Positions 29,316 through 42,522 of a DNA stretch of 64,000 bases are shown one piece after another; within the stretch, counting starts at the first letter, position 1; each line of letters opens with the position of its first letter. A program made the position numbers and the translations under genes. The stretch is from Podarcis filfolensis. Lineage: Eukaryota. The stretch is from the NCBI GenBank assembly GCA_964270895.1, contig OZ185442.1; one strand, 5' to 3'. The notes under the pieces were generated by a model. That model saw only the letters and a program-made list of their open reading frames with translations, was not told where the DNA came from and searched no databases.

Positions 29316-30866
29316 CTACGGTGTGTCAAGAACATGTTGCAAAATACACCCGCAAGAAAGCACTGGCCTGGACGGGCTCCTCAACCGTTCGCCTTGCTGC
29401 CTTTGGGTTTTCCCCCAACTCCTCACCTCACTCACACAAAGGCATAGTCACCTGCAGGTCCTGGGAGGAAAGAAGCACTTGCAGCCCCAGAGATTCGGCA
29501 GTAAGAAGATGCGTCTGCGGTTGCTGCCGCTGCTGCCTGGGCTATGAGTCAAATGTGCCTTATCTGCCCATCTTCCCTTGATCAATCGCCCTGTGTTTAT
29601 CCATCACACATGTTTAGACAAGGAGGGCAACTCCCTTGGGCTTCTTACCATGCGTAACTATCGGAGCAATCCTGCGCCTTCTGTTTTGTGTACTGGGATC
29701 TCCAAAGCACCTGCAACTGTTGTCAGGCTCCTTTTCTAGCGCTGCTTGGAATCAGGCCACCCGGAGAGAAAGATCTCCAAAAAGGTCTGCCTCCAGTTCA
29801 CAATTTGTTCCACCCTTTGCGCGGTATATATAGTTGCCCACATCTCCCTCTGTGATGCTATCCTGCCCTGCCAAACACTTTCTTCTCCTCCTGGTCCTGG
29901 TGATGCAGAAGAGCTAAGGTGACCATCACAGAAGCCACCGCCTTCGTCATTATGGGGAGGTTTTTTAAAAAAATAATCTAGGCATCTGAAGGCATCTAAC
30001 ATGATGACCGTTGTAACATCTCGTGGTTGTGTGAATTCGATAAGCAACCAGAGCACAGCAGGAAACGATGGCGGCTAGCTTGCCTTGACAGTCACACGAA
30101 TGTTTCCTGCTGACGCTGTAGAAAGGTGTTTAGGAAGCTGATGTGAGTTTTAATCTGTTTTTCAGTCTGTCGGCTTTTAAACTTTCCTAAAGTCTCAAAT
30201 AACTGCTATTAATTTTTCTTATTGGTATTTTTTAAAAAACCTTTTTTGTACACCGCTTTGAGGTCATTTTGAAATCAAGCAGTGTATAAATTTTATGAAA
30301 CGGATAAAAAGATAAATACGTATTTTAGTGGGGAAATAGAAAGAAGAGCCGGGATACGGGTGTTTTCAGTTGTTAGGTGGCGTATAACATCTGCATGAGA
30401 ATGACGATCTTTCCCCTGGATGAACCATGCAGCACATAGTATGCAGCCCATCTGCTCTGGGGTCCTATAGATGACGCACAAAGTGTTATGTGGGCTGTGG
30501 GAATTTATCTCAGTACAGCTGACAAAAAACCAGCAAGGTAAGGCAGTATTATTTTCCTCTCCCTGTCTGTAAATCTAGCTTGCCTTCTCAGATTGCACAT
30601 GCATTTCTGCATGCCCTGGCTAATGTATTTATTTGTTTGAAAGATTTATCTCCTGCAGATTCTACATCCCTGTGCTAGCATAATAAAATTATCCTCAACT
30701 GGGGATGGGCAAGTCTGCCCATTTTGATTTCTCTCGGTTTCTCATTCTTCTAATCTTAAATTCAGTTCTCCACACTTCCACACCTGTGTTTTATATATAT
30801 AGAGAGAGAGGGGGGGGGGGAGAGAGAGTCCCCACCAGCATTTTGGGCCAGTCACTGTCTTTCAGC

Positions 30867-31262
30867 TAGGGATGGGGGAGAAATTCAGTTCAGTTCACAT
30901 TTAAAGATGAATCTGCTTAATTTGTACTTCCTGGAGCAACATGCAAACCAAAGCACAGTCATCCTTTGAAATTCACATTTTCCCAAATTTTGCAATGCAC
31001 TTCTCCAGCCAAGAAAAGTGTTACGAAAATGCATATACTAGGGTAAATTTAACAATGCGTATATCTGTAACAATAACGTGGAAAATATATTAGGCGGAAT
31101 CGCTTGTAAAAAAAAATGTGTACAGTAGGAGGAATACACTAAATAATGCTGTCGAATTTTCTTGAGAAGGTTTTTTTTACAGAGTTCACTGACCAGTTTG
31201 GAGAACTGTACTTATGATTGCAAAAAAAAAAAAAAGAAAGAAACCGAGAGAAACTAAAACTG
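30867..31262 (+). mobile_element. Non-autonomous element with TAGGGATGG-type termini (multi-copy)
   Basis: Collinear with 41331-41743 and 57490-57920; fragments at about 2216-2420, 10860-11080, 20380-20500 and 61710-61760. Shared aattttgcaatgc..aaaatgcatata motif. Confidence 0.55.
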
Positions 31263-31332
31263 ATAGATAATGCATTTGGCAGGTTGGAGTGGGAGATAAA
31301 AGGGGAGGGGGAAGTACCATGTATATCATGAA

Positions 31333-32312
31333 GAAAAAAGTGACAAGTGGGGTGCCGCAGGGTTCTGTCCTGGGTCCATTGTTGTTCAATATCTTTATAA
31401 ATGACTTGGATGAAGGAATTGAGGGGATGCTCATCAAATTTGCAGATGACACCAAACTGGGAGGGGTAGCTAATGCCTCAGAAGAGAGAATCAGAATTCA
31501 AAATGATCTTAACAGATTGGAGAACTGGGCGCAAGCTTACAAAATGAATGTCAATAGGGACAAATGTAAGATTCTGCGCTTAGGCAGGAAGAACCAGATG
31601 CACAAAAAAAGGATGGGGGACACCTGGCTTACTAGCAGTTCATGTGAAAAGGATCTAGGGGTCTTGGTGGACCACAAGCTTCACATGAGTCAACAGTGTG
31701 ATGCAGCAGCAAAAAAAAGCTAATGCTATTCTAGGCTGCATCAACAGAAGTATAGTGTCCAGATCAAGGGAAATAATAGTCCCACTCTCTTCTCCCTTAG
31801 TCAGACCACACCTGGAATACTGTGTCCAGTTCTGGGCACCCCAATTTAAGAAGGATGTTGACAAGCTGGAAAGTGTGCGGAGGATGATGATCAAGGGTCA
31901 GGGAACTAAGCCTTACTGGGAATTGTTGAAGGAACTGTGTATGTTTAGCCTGGAAAAGAGGAGACTGAGAGGAGATATGATAGCCATCTTCAAATATCTG
32001 AAGGGCTGTCACATGGAGGAGGAAGAATGCTTGTTTTTTCCTGCTCTGGAGAGTAGGACTCGAACCAATGGCTTCACGTTGCAAGAAAGGAGATTCTGAC
32101 TAAAGATTTGGAAAAACTTTCTTACAGTAAGAGCTGTTCAGCAGTGGAACAGACTCCCATGAGAGGTGTTGGACTCTCCTTCCTTGGAGGTTTTTAAACA
32201 GAGGTTGGATGGCCATCTCTCATGGATGCTTTAGCTGAGATTCCTGCACTGCAGGGGGTTGGACTAGATGATGCTGAGGGTCCCTTCCAACTCTACAATT
32301 CTATGATTCTAT
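31333..32312 (+). mobile_element. CR1 LINE, 5'-truncated, RT C-terminal part
   Basis: VTSGVPQGSVLGPLLFNIFINDLDEG..KFADDTKLGG..HLEYCVQFWAP; +1 frameshift in the A8 run at 31711-31718; 3' (ATTCTATG)n tail. Confidence 0.92.
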
Positions 32313-32853
32313 GTTCTAATACTATGCTGCAAGATGTACTACAGCATGACGCTTGATTCTTTTAAATGTACTATAATATAATAGATGTATTTTCCTTACA
32401 TATAATCTTGAATATAATTAGTCAAAAAAGTTTTTGAAGTGCAGCAGCAGGGATCATTCACTTTGTAACCTGGCCACCCTCGTGACTTTTTTCAGGCCTG
32501 ATTTCCACTTTGCAATTGCAGTGCCTGCTTATTCAGTGTGGACACGCCTAGAACTACTGAGGCATTTTAGGGCTCCTGTGCCTTTCATTAGAAGCTTCCT
32601 CCATCTCCAATTGCCTCAGTGTGTCTGTGAATTCCTGATGAAGAGTGCCTTCATGAATTGCACACCCTGTGGAATTGCACTTCATGAATTGCACACCCTG
32701 TGGAATGCCCTCCCCTCAAATGTCAAGGAAATAAACAACTGTTTGATTTTTAGACAACCTCTGAAGGCAGCCCTGTATAGGGAAGCTTTTAATGTTTGAT
32801 AGGGAAGCTTTTAATGTTTGAATGGCTGGGGCAACCCTGTCAGATGGACAGCA

Positions 32854-32902
<49 letters not shown>
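32854..32902. repeat. (GTT)n microsatellite
   Basis: Direct reading; source of the poly-Q ORF at 32811-33029. Confidence 0.95.
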
Positions 32903-32903
<1 letters not shown>

Positions 32904-33942
32904 GATTAATGAGTTCCTGTGCTCTGCAGAAGGCTTAATTACCCATTTCCTTTTATTGTGAAGTAGCACTATTGTAGCAAAGCAGTACCTCCACAGGGCT
33001 TCAAAGTCTCCACTGTGAAAACAATTCAAAGCAAATGTGTTTCAAAGGATATCAACTGGAATAGGGAAAAGCCTATTATGGGTAGCATTGATTGACTAGT
33101 GCATGTGACAATCACCAACATGCTTCGCCCCACCTCCCAGTCTCCAGAGTTCTTTTGCAGCTGTTTTTATGACAACTGTTCATGAGGCTATTCTTTAATA
33201 CAGTAAAGGAAAAATATAAACGTAGATATGCTGCTTAAGTCGTGGCAGGGGGCCTTAGATGTGCTACTTAAAGAGGGGAAATCTGGATGGCTGAATTAGC
33301 ATCCAAACTGCTGTGTGAAAAGAATCAGGACAAGTTGCAAAGGATGTCTCACATAATGGTGAAGAACCCACTATAATCACATTCACGCTATACATTTAAA
33401 CAACACTGCTTTCCCCAAGGAATAATGGGAGCTGTAGTTTGCCACTCGCAGAGATACCATTCCCAGCACCTTACCAAACTACACTTCCCATAATTCTTTG
33501 GGGAAAGCCATGTGCTTTAAACTTGCTTTAAATGTATGGCAAGGATGGGAATGTTCTGTTTCTCTCCAGGATTGTGCAAAAGAGCAAATTTCTGAATCGG
33601 CTGGATGTGCTATTACACTTCAGCTGAAACAACCAAAAAAATGCAGCAACCACAAAAAGCTAATCTAATCATACTAACAAAGGCCAATAAACTATATTTT
33701 AATATAGGAATAATCCTTATACAAAAAACCCCCGCAATTACTTGGATTTAATTGCATGCTTGCATTGTGGATCATGTTATTAAAGACTGTTGGTTAGATT
33801 AGATTAAATCAACCCTTTTGCAATAAACAGCATAAACAGACATCAGGATCTTGAGAGTTGAGGAAGCAGCTCAAGACGAGCAATGATCAGGCAAAAATCA
33901 GTAGTACTCTCAGCTGTGTGAGAAGCAGCACTGGCTGGCAGA

Positions 33943-34052
33943 GTCTAGCTGCCATTTTAATTTCCCACAGTGCCCCTCTTTCCCACAAGGAGCGATGCTA
34001 CACAAGGGGCATTGTGGGAAATAAAAACAGCAGCTGAAGTCAACCACCCAGT
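33943..34052. repeat. Inverted repeat / probable small MITE
   Basis: agctgccattttaatttcccacagtgcccct versus aggggcattgtgggaaataaaaacagcagct. Confidence 0.55.
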
Positions 34053-34408
34053 GTAGCTCAGAATGTTAGGCCGGACTTTTTCATGTGGGAGCTGAGCAGA
34101 CATCAAGCCAGTATTTGCAATAGGGTGGTGCCACAGGGCTTTCCCTCCCTACAGCAGCCTCGCTGTCACTTACCTGGAAAGTAGGTGGTGGCGTGGCACT
34201 GAGGATGGAATTGCATAGGTGGACTGGCAGCAGTGCTGGACTGGCTGCACTGCTGCATCTGTGCAGCCTTGAGGTCAATGTCACCTTGCCCTGCCTCCAA
34301 ACTGTCCAGGTAAACAACAGTGACACAGCTGTTGGGAGAGCAGCTCTGCAGCATTGCCCCACCACACTGGCTGTTCCTATTGATACTGAAGCATATCTAC
34401 CACATGTA

Positions 34409-35056
34409 CAGTGCCGGATTTACGTATAAGCTAAACAAGCTATAGCTTAGGGCCACACTCTCTTGTTGTTGTTGTTTAGTTGTGTCCGACTCTTCATGAC
34501 CCCATGGACCAGAGCACACCAGGCACTCCTGTCTTCCACTGCCTCCCGCAGTTTGGTCAAACTCATGCTGGTAGCTTTGAGAACACTGTCCAACCATCTC
34601 GTCCTCTGTCGTCCCCTTCTCCTTGTGCTATACTCTCTTGTGGGGCCCAAAAAAAATTTAAAGGGAAAAAAAACCTGGATGTACATTTCCAAAATATAAG
34701 ATAAAAACAAATGAAATAAAACCTACATACAGCAACAGTGTTTTGTGTTGTGTCAGCTCTGATGATGTAAGTAATGGGCCTCGCCTGCTAGCCTGCTCCC
34801 TAAAATATCACTGGTTTGCTCATTTCTATATATAGGGTGCCTACATTCTGCATGAACTTTGCATTCTGCATGGACTTCTCAACAATTACTTTGATAAAAT
34901 ACCTATTAGGTCCATACATTACCATAAATTACCATATAGCATATATTCAACACAAAAAACAGTGACAATTTGTTGTTGAAAAAGGACACCCAGACCTATA
35001 AAGGGCCCTATTACCTTCAGCAGCTTAGGGCCTCATCAAACCGAAATCCGGCCCTG
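34409..35056. mobile_element. hAT-type non-autonomous element
   Basis: TIR cagtgccggattt / aaatccggccctg; 8-bp TSD cacatgta / cacatgtg. Second copy at 58958-59360. Confidence 0.85.
34466..34631 (-). mobile_element. RTE-BovB-type LINE 3' fragment nested in the hAT element
   Basis: Revcomp ends ..ggggtcatgaagagtcggacacaactaaacaacaacaac; 9-bp TSD actctcttg (34457-34465, 34632-34640); absent from the 58958 copy. Confidence 0.8.
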
Positions 35057-37234
35057 CACATGTGACTTTATGGTTGGTACACAGTTTGGATTTTATGCTG
35101 AGGATAAATAAATACACAAATCTGAAAGCTCTATCTGAAGATACATGTGGGGTGATACACTAAATGGTGGCAGGGAAGTGTATTTTTTAAATGTAAGATT
35201 TCCAGATTTTTGCTTCATGACAAGGAACTTTACACACGCCTGCACTACAAAGGAATCTGTTTTTGGGTGGGGGTGTGGAGTTAATAGGGTTGCCATATTT
35301 CAAAATGTAATATTCCTGACACCAGCAAAGTTGTTGAGCTTTTTAGGAACAAACCTAAATTGCTGAGCTTTTGGGGGCGGGGGAAACCTCCCTGCAAACT
35401 ACAGATTTTAAACTTTTGGAGCTGTTTCTGCTGCTTTTTGCATACCTCCAGGTTTCTCCCTGATATTTTGCCACTTCGGCAAAATCCAGCCCCCCCCCAC
35501 GTCACTTTTACACCCGGAAACCAGGAAGTGCCAGGAATTTTCCCGATGTGCAGCAAGCCTAGTTTTAAGATCCGTAACTATATTTATCTTTCAGAGGAAA
35601 TTTAGTCAAACTGAAAGAGAGTTTGTAATGCACGTCCACAATGCTGAGTACAGCGAAATCTGGATTTCACAAAGCCAGGAAATTAATTGAAGAATTTAAA
35701 TTATGAGACACTCCTGCCCTGTTACCTAAACTCTTTCCCCATTCATCACTTAGCCAGAGTGCAAATTAACCGATTCAACCCCTCACAATTCTCAAGCAAC
35801 CACCATAACTCCTCCACCCCATGTTGTTAGAATGACAGGGTGATCCACACCCTACTTGAAACTAAAGTACTTGGATTTCAGCAAATTCATCCCGCTTGAC
35901 GTCAGTGAGAGGAAAGGAGCTTCAAAACAAGTGCCAGTTTAGCTGGGCTCGATTATATATACCTGCTTGCTATTGTGTACCCTGCATAATTTATTCTCCT
36001 GGCAACCTATGTGAATCTGAGGCCACATCAGATTTAATTCAGATTGCAAATGGTGTTAGTTGTCATGAATTAATCCAGGTAGCACTGGGAGCTGTGATTT
36101 GGAGCTAGATGTTTTTGGGTTAGACATGACTACAGTCCCCAAAATTCCTGGGGAAAGCTAGGGCATTTAAAATAAATAAATAAATACAATTGTGATTCAA
36201 ATAAATGTAACAAAAACCCAATGGGTTGCTTGTTGTTGTTGTTGTTTTAAAAAATTAAAAGCAGCCTCCAGTGGCAATGATTTTGAGCAAAGTGGCAGGG
36301 AAGGCAGCTGCCACTCACCCTTTTCTTGCTGGCTATTTTCCAGTTAAAAACTTAAGCTTCTTTTAAGTACAGTTGTGGGCTTTCAGGTGTGTATTTACTA
36401 GAGGTGTGCACCAGCCACAACATTTGCCTTGAATCTGATTCTGTGGTGTTGAGAAGCAGCCTGTTCTGATTTGTATCTGCCATGCATCTTTCTGATTGGA
36501 TTCTGATTTGTTATGCAGGTCCAAATCAGATCTCTGAAATTCTCCCCATTGACTATAATGGGGAACCTAAAAACAGCTGTAACGTTTTTATTTTTGCAGA
36601 AGCAGATAAAATTTGCAGGCAAAAAAGAAGAAGAAGAAGAAGAAGAGAAGTGGAAAGAAAACAAATTGCTTGTACTGGTTTTTAAGAAAGTTATTGGAAA
36701 GGATGCCAATAGTTCGCTGCCCCGCTTTTCCAGGCAGAAGAAAAATGATCGGGGGGGGGGGGAGGACTCTTATTTACAGCAACATCCCTCTCCCAAATCG
36801 CTGTGGAGTACTCTGAGAAAATAATTCACTGAGATTAAAAGCTAGGCCTATCTGTCCAAACAAAATATTCCTTCCGTTCTCTCCCCCCACAAACTCAGTC
36901 AGCCTGGTTCTGCTTTTTAAAAAGACAGTTGTCATTTTATTTTAAATGGCAAAATGCAGCGTTTCTTAGTGGGGGTACTCAAGTCCACAGAGTCACAGGA
37001 ATTTAGGAAGTCCCTGATCTAACTCAAGACATCCTGTTAGTGCTACAGTCACCAAAATCATCCCCATTTCCCTTGTACTCAGACCAAGGCACACCTCTAG
37101 TATTTTCCTTGGCAAATAGGAACTTGCAATCTGACAAGGGGAAAAAGGAAAGTGTTTGAAGTTGGGCCAATTAAAGATCCGTCTTCACTGATCTTCCACA
37201 GCTTCCTGAGGTTATTATTATTATTATTTTATTA

Positions 37235-37388
37235 AATGGGACTTCTGTTACATCTGCATTAGATTCTGAATCTCATGGTTGTGGGTTCAAGCCCCACATT
37301 GGGCAAAAGATTCCTGTATTGCAGAGGGTTGGACAAGATGATCCTTGTGGTCCCTTCCAACTCTACAATGTTACAATTCTATGATTTG
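37235..37388 (+). mobile_element. tRNA-head SINE with CR1-type tail
   Basis: Box B-like gggttcaagcccc followed by gcagagggttggac..tcccttccaactctac..attctatgatt. Other CR1-type tails at about 16005-16080, 39770-39850 and 46255-46350. Confidence 0.6.
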
Positions 37389-40300
37389 CATGCCTCATAT
37401 TAGGTTGTCCCAAAGACATTTTGACCATGGGCGTTCCCCCCTTACAGCACTCTGAAATGGACTTGGAGCCGCAGTCACTGATTTTCTCTTTGCTCTCACT
37501 GAGTTCCATTTTGGCAGTCTAAAGAAAAGGATGTTGTCGGTGCCCGTGATGGAAGCTGCATGAATTTCCTGGCATGTTAATCATGCTCTGTTCAAGTGGG
37601 ACATTTAAGAGCGTTGCGGAGGTGGCAAGCTATCTCTTCATTCATTTGCCTTTGATAAGGGCAGCCAATCCAGTTCCAGCGCAAGCATTTTTGTGGTTCT
37701 GAGTCACTCATGGAACGTCCCGGTGAGCAGGGTGTGTGTCGAAAATGGACCCCCTCACCATGTTGCAACCATTTGCTCTTGTGAATCACGCTACGCCCAC
37801 AAGGGCATCGAGGGGTCATTGTGCTGAACTCATCCTTCCCATACATTGGTGTGGCTCGATAATTTCAAACGCTGGACTTAAGGATCTTAGGGGAAGCCCC
37901 CCTTCTTCATATGTTACTGGCCATTGCTTCCAAATGTTTTGAGCCAGCTGTGCTGCACTGGGGGTTCCTCCTGTTGTTCACTGGGAACCTGGGCTTGTTT
38001 TCCCCAAACCCTATCCTGATGACACCCCGACTCCCACAAGTGTAAAAAAAAGAAAGAAGAAGAAGGGTTTGTAGAGGCCGCGTGGGCGTAGTATTATAAG
38101 CCGGTAGCTGCCAGGAAAGTGTTGCAATGGAAGCTGCACAAAGGCCTTGCTTGGAGATGCTCTAATAACAGGGTGGCAAGTACCTTGGTTCTAATTCTCT
38201 CAACCCAGCTTCGCCCATTGGAGTCATCTGAATCACAGAGACCTGCCTGCAGGCAGAATGTGGAAGGCGCAGCATCCCTGCAAACACAGCCCCAGCACCG
38301 TAGGTGATGTGTTTCAGCAAGATATCGGCGTTGTCACCCGCATTCCTGGTATCAGCCTATCTACCTATATCTATTTATATAATATAGCTATGAGTTGTGG
38401 GGTTGGCATATATAAGTAAGTGCAATGCTGTTTTTCCTGAATAAGAGAATAGCAATGCACCTCCTATGCTCAAACATGTATTTTTATAAACAAACACATT
38501 GGGTAAGTTTTTATCAGTGTAGACCCGCTGAAATGAATTAGCCTAATTTAGGCATGCTCAGTAATTTCAATAGACCTAGTCTGAGAAGGACTATCCTTAG
38601 TGGGTACAACCCAAGTATTATAAAATGCTATAAGCCTCCAGTGTCAATTTCATTCATAATGAAATTGAACCCCAGTAAGTGCTAAAACTTTGGAGATTCT
38701 TACTGTTTGGCAAATTAGGGCAGGTGCAACAAGATAGGCAGACAGGATGACAGGCTGTATCTGATATGGTTGCTCTATGTTAGTTAACACTGTCCAATAA
38801 CGTAGGCCGTGCCGAGAAAAAATTAGATGCTGAGGAGGATGATAATTTGGCTAAACGCACAGCTGTTGACAGCAGGTATTCCCAGGCCACCCTTTTCATC
38901 CGAACAAAGCACTAGTCCAGCTCCTTGGCTGTGAAACAGGATTTTACCATCTTTAGCCACTCATTCCTAGGGAGGAGCGATTATCCTACTTTGCAAATAC
39001 GTATAAGCAAACCAAGCGTCTTAGCAAAGGGAATCTCTGCTGAGGAAACACAGCCAAGTCCTTCTTCGTTCTGGAGTCTTCATTTGCCTTTATTCCCCTT
39101 CTCATACTGAGCTCATGTGGCCACTGTGATCAAATTACAGGGGAGGCAGAGGGAACCCATCCAGTCCTCTTGCTCTTTGTGTGACATACATATTATTTCT
39201 TGAAGGGTGCAAGAGGGCCATAATTTGGGGGGAAATGGAGGAGTCACAGGGTGAAGCTTTTGGATCTTGTTAAATTCCCCTCTCTTCCTTCTCTTTCCTC
39301 CCGTCACTAAACCATAGTGTGGCAGGCTGTTCCTGCCACTGGTTGTTGGAGGTCCTGGTTTTCCATGGATACCAAGAGCAGTGATGCTTGCTGTGTCCAG
39401 TTCTGTGAAAAGTGGGTGTTCCTGGGATCACAGGCAGCACCCAGAAGAGGGTGAGCCTGTTCCGCATTGCAGTTGCTGTGACATCTCACCTCTTCCCAAG
39501 GCCGCTGGCAATGTGCAAGAGCCCATGGTGTCATCGGGACATGCCCACACAAGCTGCTTTTGGTCACTGAGCAAGCACATTTGCAATGCACTGTGTGAAT
39601 GGCCAGTGAGGCCAGAGGCCCTCTACATTTGCTTTCTGATGCAGTAGCCTGGAAGTGTCACAGGTGCGTCCAAAAGACTGCAATGGAATCAGAATCTCCA
39701 TCTTGCTCTGTTCCTGAAAAATAACAAAAAGTGGTGTTCCCTCCTCTTTTTCAGAACAGCCTATCCCAATTTAGAATCATAGAATTGTAGAGCTGAAAGG
39801 GACCGTCTAGTCCAAACCTCCTGCTATGCAGGAATCTCAGGTAAAGCATCCAGGACCTGACACCCTCCAGATGTTTTAGAATGTACCTTCTATTGTTTCT
39901 GAACATTGGCATGCTGGCTGAGACGTATGAGAGCTGGAGTCCAAGGAGCTCCACTATTCCACTCAAGACAATGCAGCCTAGCCTCTGATGCGGAGCCAGG
40001 AGCTGTGCTGCCATGTTTCCTTGAGTCCATGGCCGCGTGACCTCAGAATGTAGGCCAGGGGTAGAAGGCCACATTCCTTTCTAGGCACTCTTCCCGGGGG
40101 CCACATGCCAGGGTGGGCAGGGCCAAAGGCAAAAGAAGGAGCGACAAATGCAACTCTTACCTGCTATATTCACTCACATGCCCCTCTCTGCCCTCCATTC
40201 AGTCAAACAAGAGGAATTATCAAAGTTCAAAGACGCATCTCACCCAGTCAAGAACCCTCACTGGAGGGTGATAAGAGGAATAACAAAAAGATTTGTTTGA

Positions 40301-41330
40301 CTCTGTTTGGTTTCAATTTATATCATTTATTAGCTGTCGTAAAGTGGTCTTCCTTCTATCTCGGTTACAGGAGCCACTATGGAGAAATTATCTCAACATT
40401 CTATATTGAAGTATACTCTGTGGATGTGAGCTTAATCTGTAATATAAAGTATTTTCTCAGTGTGTTTTGATGCAGTGTGGATGACTGCATACGAGACTTA
40501 ACAGTTGTACGTGTTTTTGTCTTGGAAGACAATACTTTATGCTTGTTGTTGTTGTTTTTAAATCTATAAGTTTGTAATCATGCCATTTTAAAAAGTCATG
40601 GCTTCGCCCAACAAATCCTGAGAATCGTAGTTTGTTAAGGGTGTTGAGAATTGTTAGGAGATCCCTGTTCCCTTCACTGATCTACAGTTTCAAGATCAGT
40701 ATAACAGTCAGTCCCTTCTTCCAGGGGAAGTCTGGAAACTGTGGCTCTCAGAGGAGGCTGGTATGATGTCTCCTAACAGCTCTCAGCACCTTTAAGAAAC
40801 CACAGTTCCTACAATTCTTTGGGAAAGCCGTAACTGTTTAAAGTGGTATTGTGCTTCTTTAAATGTATTGTACAGACGGGGCCTGAGTGGGATGAGGGGA
40901 CAGGAAAGGCGTCAGTGTTTGCATGCTCCCCCGGCACAAAATTGCTCTCTAGATTATCAGCAGTTAATCAGTTAATTGAGAAATTTGCTTTCTTGAGGAT
41001 TCAGCAACATTCGCTCTGTTTCTCCTCACAAGCTGCAAAGCGCAACAAATTTCCTGGCAGGCTGCGGAAGGTGATGACATGTAGCATCTCGTTGAGATAT
41101 TTAAGAGCCATAAGTCATTGCACCTCAGATGTAGAATCAAGAGAGGCTTAGAAGCAGGACGGTTCATGTTGACTTTCCTTTTGTTCTCTAACTCCCACTG
41201 TTCTTTCATTCTATCTCTTTCGTACCCCATCTTTAAGAACAGGTTCTCCCACATCACCTAATCAACAAAAAGATAAGGCAGCAAACATGTTCACACTACA
41301 TAATAATCAAAAGGAGAAGAAGCCCCACAC

Positions 41331-41743
41331 TAAGGATGGGGATGAAGTTTGATTCAGCAGGCATTTAAAGGAGATCTTAGTCAATTTTCGCTTTCCAAAA
41401 GAAATGAACTGATAAAAACCAGCCCCTCTTTGAAATTCACACTTCTCCGAATTTTGCAATGCCAAATAACGTGTACGAAAAATGCATATGCTAGGGTGAA
41501 GTGCTTATAAAATTGCACACGTTGGTGAAAATAGCTTACTAGTTTGCATTATTTATGGGGAAACGGCAAAAAATGTATTAGGGGAAATTGCATACCAAAA
41601 TAAGAGATATCTGCACTAAAATGTTCCAGAATTTTCATGATGACTTTAAAAAGAGAATTGCAAACTGATGTGGAGAACTAAAACCGAGATTGGGACAATG
41701 AGTAACTGAAAGGGACAGATTCACTTCAGAGAACCAGTTCCTA
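41331..41743 (+). mobile_element. Copy of the TAGGGATGG-terminus element
   Basis: See 30867-31262. Confidence 0.55.
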
Positions 41744-41754
41744 GGGCAGGTAGG

Positions 41755-41935
41755 GCTTTAGAGGTCAATACCAGTACCTTAAGTGGGGCTTGGAGACAAA
41801 TTGGCAGCCACTGTAATTGGTACAGGATTGGAGCAATGTGTGCAAAACCACCTTGACTTCATAGCATCCTGGTGGCTGCATTTTGAACCAACTGCAATTT
41901 CAGAACTGCTTTCAAAGCCAGTTTCTGGACTGCCT
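41755..41935 (-). mobile_element. Decayed L2 LINE ORF2 fragment
   Basis: Minus frame LKLQLVQNAATRML*..HIAPILYQLQWLPICLQAPLKVLVLTSKAL. Confidence 0.7.
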
Positions 41936-42522
41936 TCATCACTGCCACCAACGACACCCGTGATGATGGAGCGCATGGTTAATTCTGTACCAAAATATGT
42001 GCTCTTTTACCAGCGACTGTTTCCGATTTTGTGTAGGTTTCCTGTCTCTGACTACCAGTCTTCCTCTTTGCCCTTGCTCAAAAGTGCAGGCCTGTAATTT
42101 GGCATACTTAACTGGCAGACAAGCTTGAAATGCATTGACTGTTAATTAATTTGTGGTCGGCAGTAATCTTACCCAGGCAATTAGGCTTTCATCTTGCCAG
42201 ATTGATAGATTTTACATGCTGCCCTGGGAACGTATGTGCCAAACCGATAATTGATTTGTGATGAAGCTTTGTAGTCTCTTTCTTTCCAGTTTTTTTGTTA
42301 TTAATAATGTTTTACTGTTCTTTCTTACCTTGTGAAACTGTAAGATGTGCCAGAGCTATACCTACATATACATTTATTTTTTTCTAACCGCTAAAGTGGA
42401 CTTTTAGATAGTCTATCATGCTCACAAGTATGCTTTTTAGCTATTCTTTTATTGGCTATCTAAAATTCTACCGTAACTCCTAGATTATATAGAAAAAGAT
42501 CTTTCCAACCAAAGCCCCTTTT

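Noticed and set aside
29321-29581. Cys-rich ORF containing RRCVCGCCRCC (hepcidin- or metallothionein-like look)
   Set aside because: GTG start, no signal peptide, spacing fits no family I know; arises from (GCT/GCC)-type low complexity.
32811-33029. Poly-Q ORF, and similar poly-N, poly-HT, poly-IY and poly-E ORFs
   Set aside because: Translations of microsatellites.
39480-39580. Minus-frame LCGHVPMTPWALAHCQRP resembling KLK exon 2 (CGG..W..AAHC)
   Set aside because: Three residues short between the two Cys, no IIGG or Cys22 at the right distance, and no phase-2 donor where exon 2 should end. Probably chance.
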